This document shows, one piece after another, positions 61,652 through 64,000 of a stretch of 64,000 bases of DNA. The notes beneath the pieces are model-generated. The model was not told the DNA's origin and made no database searches. It saw only the letters and a list, made by a program, of their open reading frames with translations. A program made the position numbers and the translations under genes. Source of the stretch: Gammaproteobacteria bacterium. Lineage in GTDB: Bacteria; Pseudomonadota; Gammaproteobacteria; GCA-2400775. Numbering within the stretch: the first letter of the stretch is position 1; the number at the start of each line of letters is the position of its first letter. Where the stretch lies: positions 1,425 to 65,424 of the forward strand of contig WGFU01000037.1 of assembly GCA_015492075.1 (NCBI GenBank), in the 5' to 3' direction.

Positions 61652-63106
61652 TTATTTAGCCCACCACGGCAAATAGCCAGCCCTAGGATGTTCAGTATCA
61701 GCCACCTGTATTGCACCATCTTTTAGAGCCGCATTAATCACAGCAGTCGCCTGCGCAGCATTTTTACTATCTATACCAAGACGCTCGCATAAACTAGCAT
61801 TTTTCAGTCGCTCCCCGCTTAGATATTTAATAACAGCATGCTGATAACAAGCACGCACTCGTTCATCTACTGTCATATTTGCAAAAGAACGCGGGGCATA
61901 CAATATAACTTGCATCGTGTTGGAATCATCCTGAAATTTTGGGGCAGGCAATTGAAACAACTCAACACTAATTATTACTTTATCCAATCCACTACCCTGC
62001 TCCTCACACATATCCATACGTCGCATCAGGGAAGCTAATGCTTCATTTCGAGAACGCGGCGGAAGATCAATCATTCGATCTGTCTGAATCAATGGGGAAC
62101 CTGGGTTTGTAATTTCTAGACGATCAATAAAAAGTTCTATTTGCGGGCCGGCACCGGTAATCGTCATATCTTGATGAATAAGTGCGTTCGCAACGAGCTC
62201 CCTAATAGCTATTTCTGGGAATAACCTCTGTTCCTTGCGAAATACAGAGCCAATATGTTCATTTTGCGGCAACAGATTATTGATGTAATTAACCAAACCT
62301 TCAAAACCTGTAGCGTAACCCTTTTTTCCATCTTTTCTATGAGTAACAGTGGAGGCCTTATTATTATCGTTATAAGCAACAAAACGAATTCCTTTGCGAG
62401 CAATTGATGGGTCAAATTGACCTAAATCATTTGCAAATAAAATTGCTCCTAAGTTGCTTATTTTCCACCTCCCACCTACGTCCTTCACTATTAACTGTTC
62501 TACATGAAGATGCTTTAATATCTCTTCACGGTTATCAGGCACCCGCTGTTTAGTAAGCCTGAAGTAAGAATGGTAATCTAGCAGTTCTAATAACTCATCT
62601 TCAGATAGAAAACTTTTCGCCACCCCTTTTTCCCAAGTAAACGGCCGAATATTATCGACCAACTTTTGGAACCGCTCTGGATAATCAGCCAATTTAGGTG
62701 TCGCACTTCCTATCCGGATATATGCGATACTATCGGCAGTAATAGGCGCAGTTGTCGCTGCTGGTATCTCCAGAATTACGACTCGCCCATCAGGATGGTC
62801 TACAGCCCTAAACGAAAAAGCAAGACTTGGGCTAAGATTCTGAGCCAACCACATTTGGAATACTTGGTTATTGACAGTTTCGTTATCCGGGTTAAATCGT
62901 GTGCCAACCACACTGTGACTATTATCTTCAACTCCCCACAATATATAGGCATAATCTCGCTGATCCACTCGCGCCGCATTAGATAATGCAGAACACAGTT
63001 TCGCGATTAGTTTAGGATCGATATTATCCTTCTTAAATTCAAGCCACGGTAATTCTGAGGGATTTCCACATAACTCATCAATCAACGCAATATCGCGTTC
63101 TAACAT
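61652..63106 (-). CDS. AlbA_2/Schlafen-like domain plus HATPase_c_4-type domain protein
   Basis: E..WLEFK, SALSN, GVED, YIRIGS; RELVANALIHQD, EITNPG, RNE.LA, EEQGSG; probable C-terminal wHTH. Confidence 0.85.
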   Translation of the reverse strand: MLERDIALIDELCGNPSELPWLEFKKDNIDPKLIAKLCSALSNAARVDQRDYAYILWGVEDNSHSVVGTRFNPDNETVNNQVFQMWLAQNLSPSLAFSFRAVDHPDGRVVILEIPAATTAPITADSIAYIRIGSATPKLADYPERFQKLVDNIRPFTWEKGVAKSFLSEDELLELLDYHSYFRLTKQRVPDNREEILKHLHVEQLIVKDVGGRWKISNLGAILFANDLGQFDPSIARKGIRFVAYNDNNKASTVTHRKDGKKGYATGFEGLVNYINNLLPQNEHIGSVFRKEQRLFPEIAIRELVANALIHQDMTITGAGPQIELFIDRLEITNPGSPLIQTDRMIDLPPRSRNEALASLMRRMDMCEEQGSGLDKVIISVELFQLPAPKFQDDSNTMQVILYAPRSFANMTVDERVRACYQHAVIKYLSGERLKNASLCERLGIDSKNAAQATAVINAALKDGAIQVADTEHPRAGYLPWWAK

Positions 63107-63245
63107 TTAACTCTAACCTCTCCCAAATCACACATATATAAGTAATATCCATATTGATTAATGTAGTTTCATTTTCAAGCTTGTAACACGAAAAGCGGTT
63201 CGCCACCTAGCCCTTTAACGAGAGAGTGAAAAATATGGGGAATAG

Positions 63246-64000
63246 CTATTCGAATTTAGGATACAACAGCGCTAAACCTTTAACATCCTCACCACTCTTC
63301 ATCTTATCTAGTTGTTCAACAATCTTAAGCAACACAGAACCCTGCCATTCAGCATCTTCAGCTTGGCCATATAGACAATAATTCAAGTGATTCACTTGTT
63401 CCAGCAATTCACCATCGTTTAACTGACTTACTTTATCACTCAAAGAACCACTACCAAGCCGGGGGAAACGAATAGATAACCATTTCTCTAATGCTAGCTT
63501 TGCTGAAGCTGCGTCATTACTTAAGCAGGATTTTTTTAGCTCGTGATAGGCATGGCGCAAAGAAGGATCAATATCTTCTTTAACCATAGTTCGCTTTGGC
63601 GCACGCTGATAACGCGTTGACCATAGATATACTAGTGTGAGCAGCCAAGCAAAGGTGGAGAATAGCGCTAAATATTGCCACCAAGACCGGACGCGATTCA
63701 ATGCATTCTGCGAACCAACGCTATTGGTATCAAATACAGGCTGATTATTAATTGTAGGTAAATCGCTTAATGCTGCGTTGCTGTTTGCGGCCGGCAGAAT
63801 GGTCAGTGTTTTTTGGGGTAATTCTGCTAATTGATAGCGCTTGTTTAGTGTATCCCACCATTTGATCGATACCTTGGGTAAAGTGTACGTCCCGTGTTGT
63901 GTTGGGATGAGCGCTAGCGTTTCTGTTCGTTGACCGATGATGCCTTTATCTGTGGCTTCACTTTTTAGTTCAGGCTTTTCCGGATAGATATTGATGCCAG
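63246..64000 (-). CDS. BatD family protein, 5'-partial
   Basis: Frame is open to the window edge: IYPEKP...LIP...G.YTLPKVSIKWWDT...AELP, then a TM helix and a C-terminal LYP. Confidence 0.85.
   Translation of the reverse strand, partial: GINIYPEKPELKSEATDKGIIGQRTETLALIPTQHGTYTLPKVSIKWWDTLNKRYQLAELPQKTLTILPAANSNAALSDLPTINNQPVFDTNSVGSQNALNRVRSWWQYLALFSTFAWLLTLVYLWSTRYQRAPKRTMVKEDIDPSLRHAYHELKKSCLSNDAASAKLALEKWLSIRFPRLGSGSLSDKVSQLNDGELLEQVNHLNYCLYGQAEDAEWQGSVLLKIVEQLDKMKSGEDVKGLALLYPKFE

Overview
Chromosomal window from a gammaproteobacterium. Most of it is conserved housekeeping synteny: rpoH-ftsXEY, an M16 peptidase pair, rsmD-coaD-ferredoxin-ggt, mutM, a Gld-like ABC system, mgtE, the kdsDC-lptCAB-rpoN-hpf-ptsN-hprK-rapZ-EIIA-HPr-EI region, ubiCA, recG, ridA, gmk-rpoZ-spoT, yicC, rph-rdgB-hemW-serB and a partial batD. 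The standout is a ~17.5 kb respiratory island (about 11970-29430) built around a divergent C-family (cbb3-type) heme-copper oxidase. It has CcoN and an enlarged CcoO but no heme-bearing CcoP; a heme-less protein retaining the CcoP N-terminal motif sits in that position. The island also encodes two stand-alone ~4-helix 'one-third CcoN' proteins, a c4-type diheme cytochrome, three further monoheme cytochromes, CcoG/CcoS/FixH-like factors, a thioredoxin-like lipoprotein, an FGE-fold protein, a membrane-fused spermidine-synthase-like protein, and four 30-40 aa membrane microproteins missed by the ORF track. Other observations: a perfect CIRCE overlapping a sigmaE-like promoter upstream of rpoH, degenerate attC-like remnants with a nonsense-interrupted VOC gene at the left edge, structured intergenic regions, and an AT-rich AlbA/Schlafen-domain gene at the right edge. 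All assignments come from reading motifs by eye; no searches were run. No tRNA, rRNA, CRISPR array or transposase was recognised.
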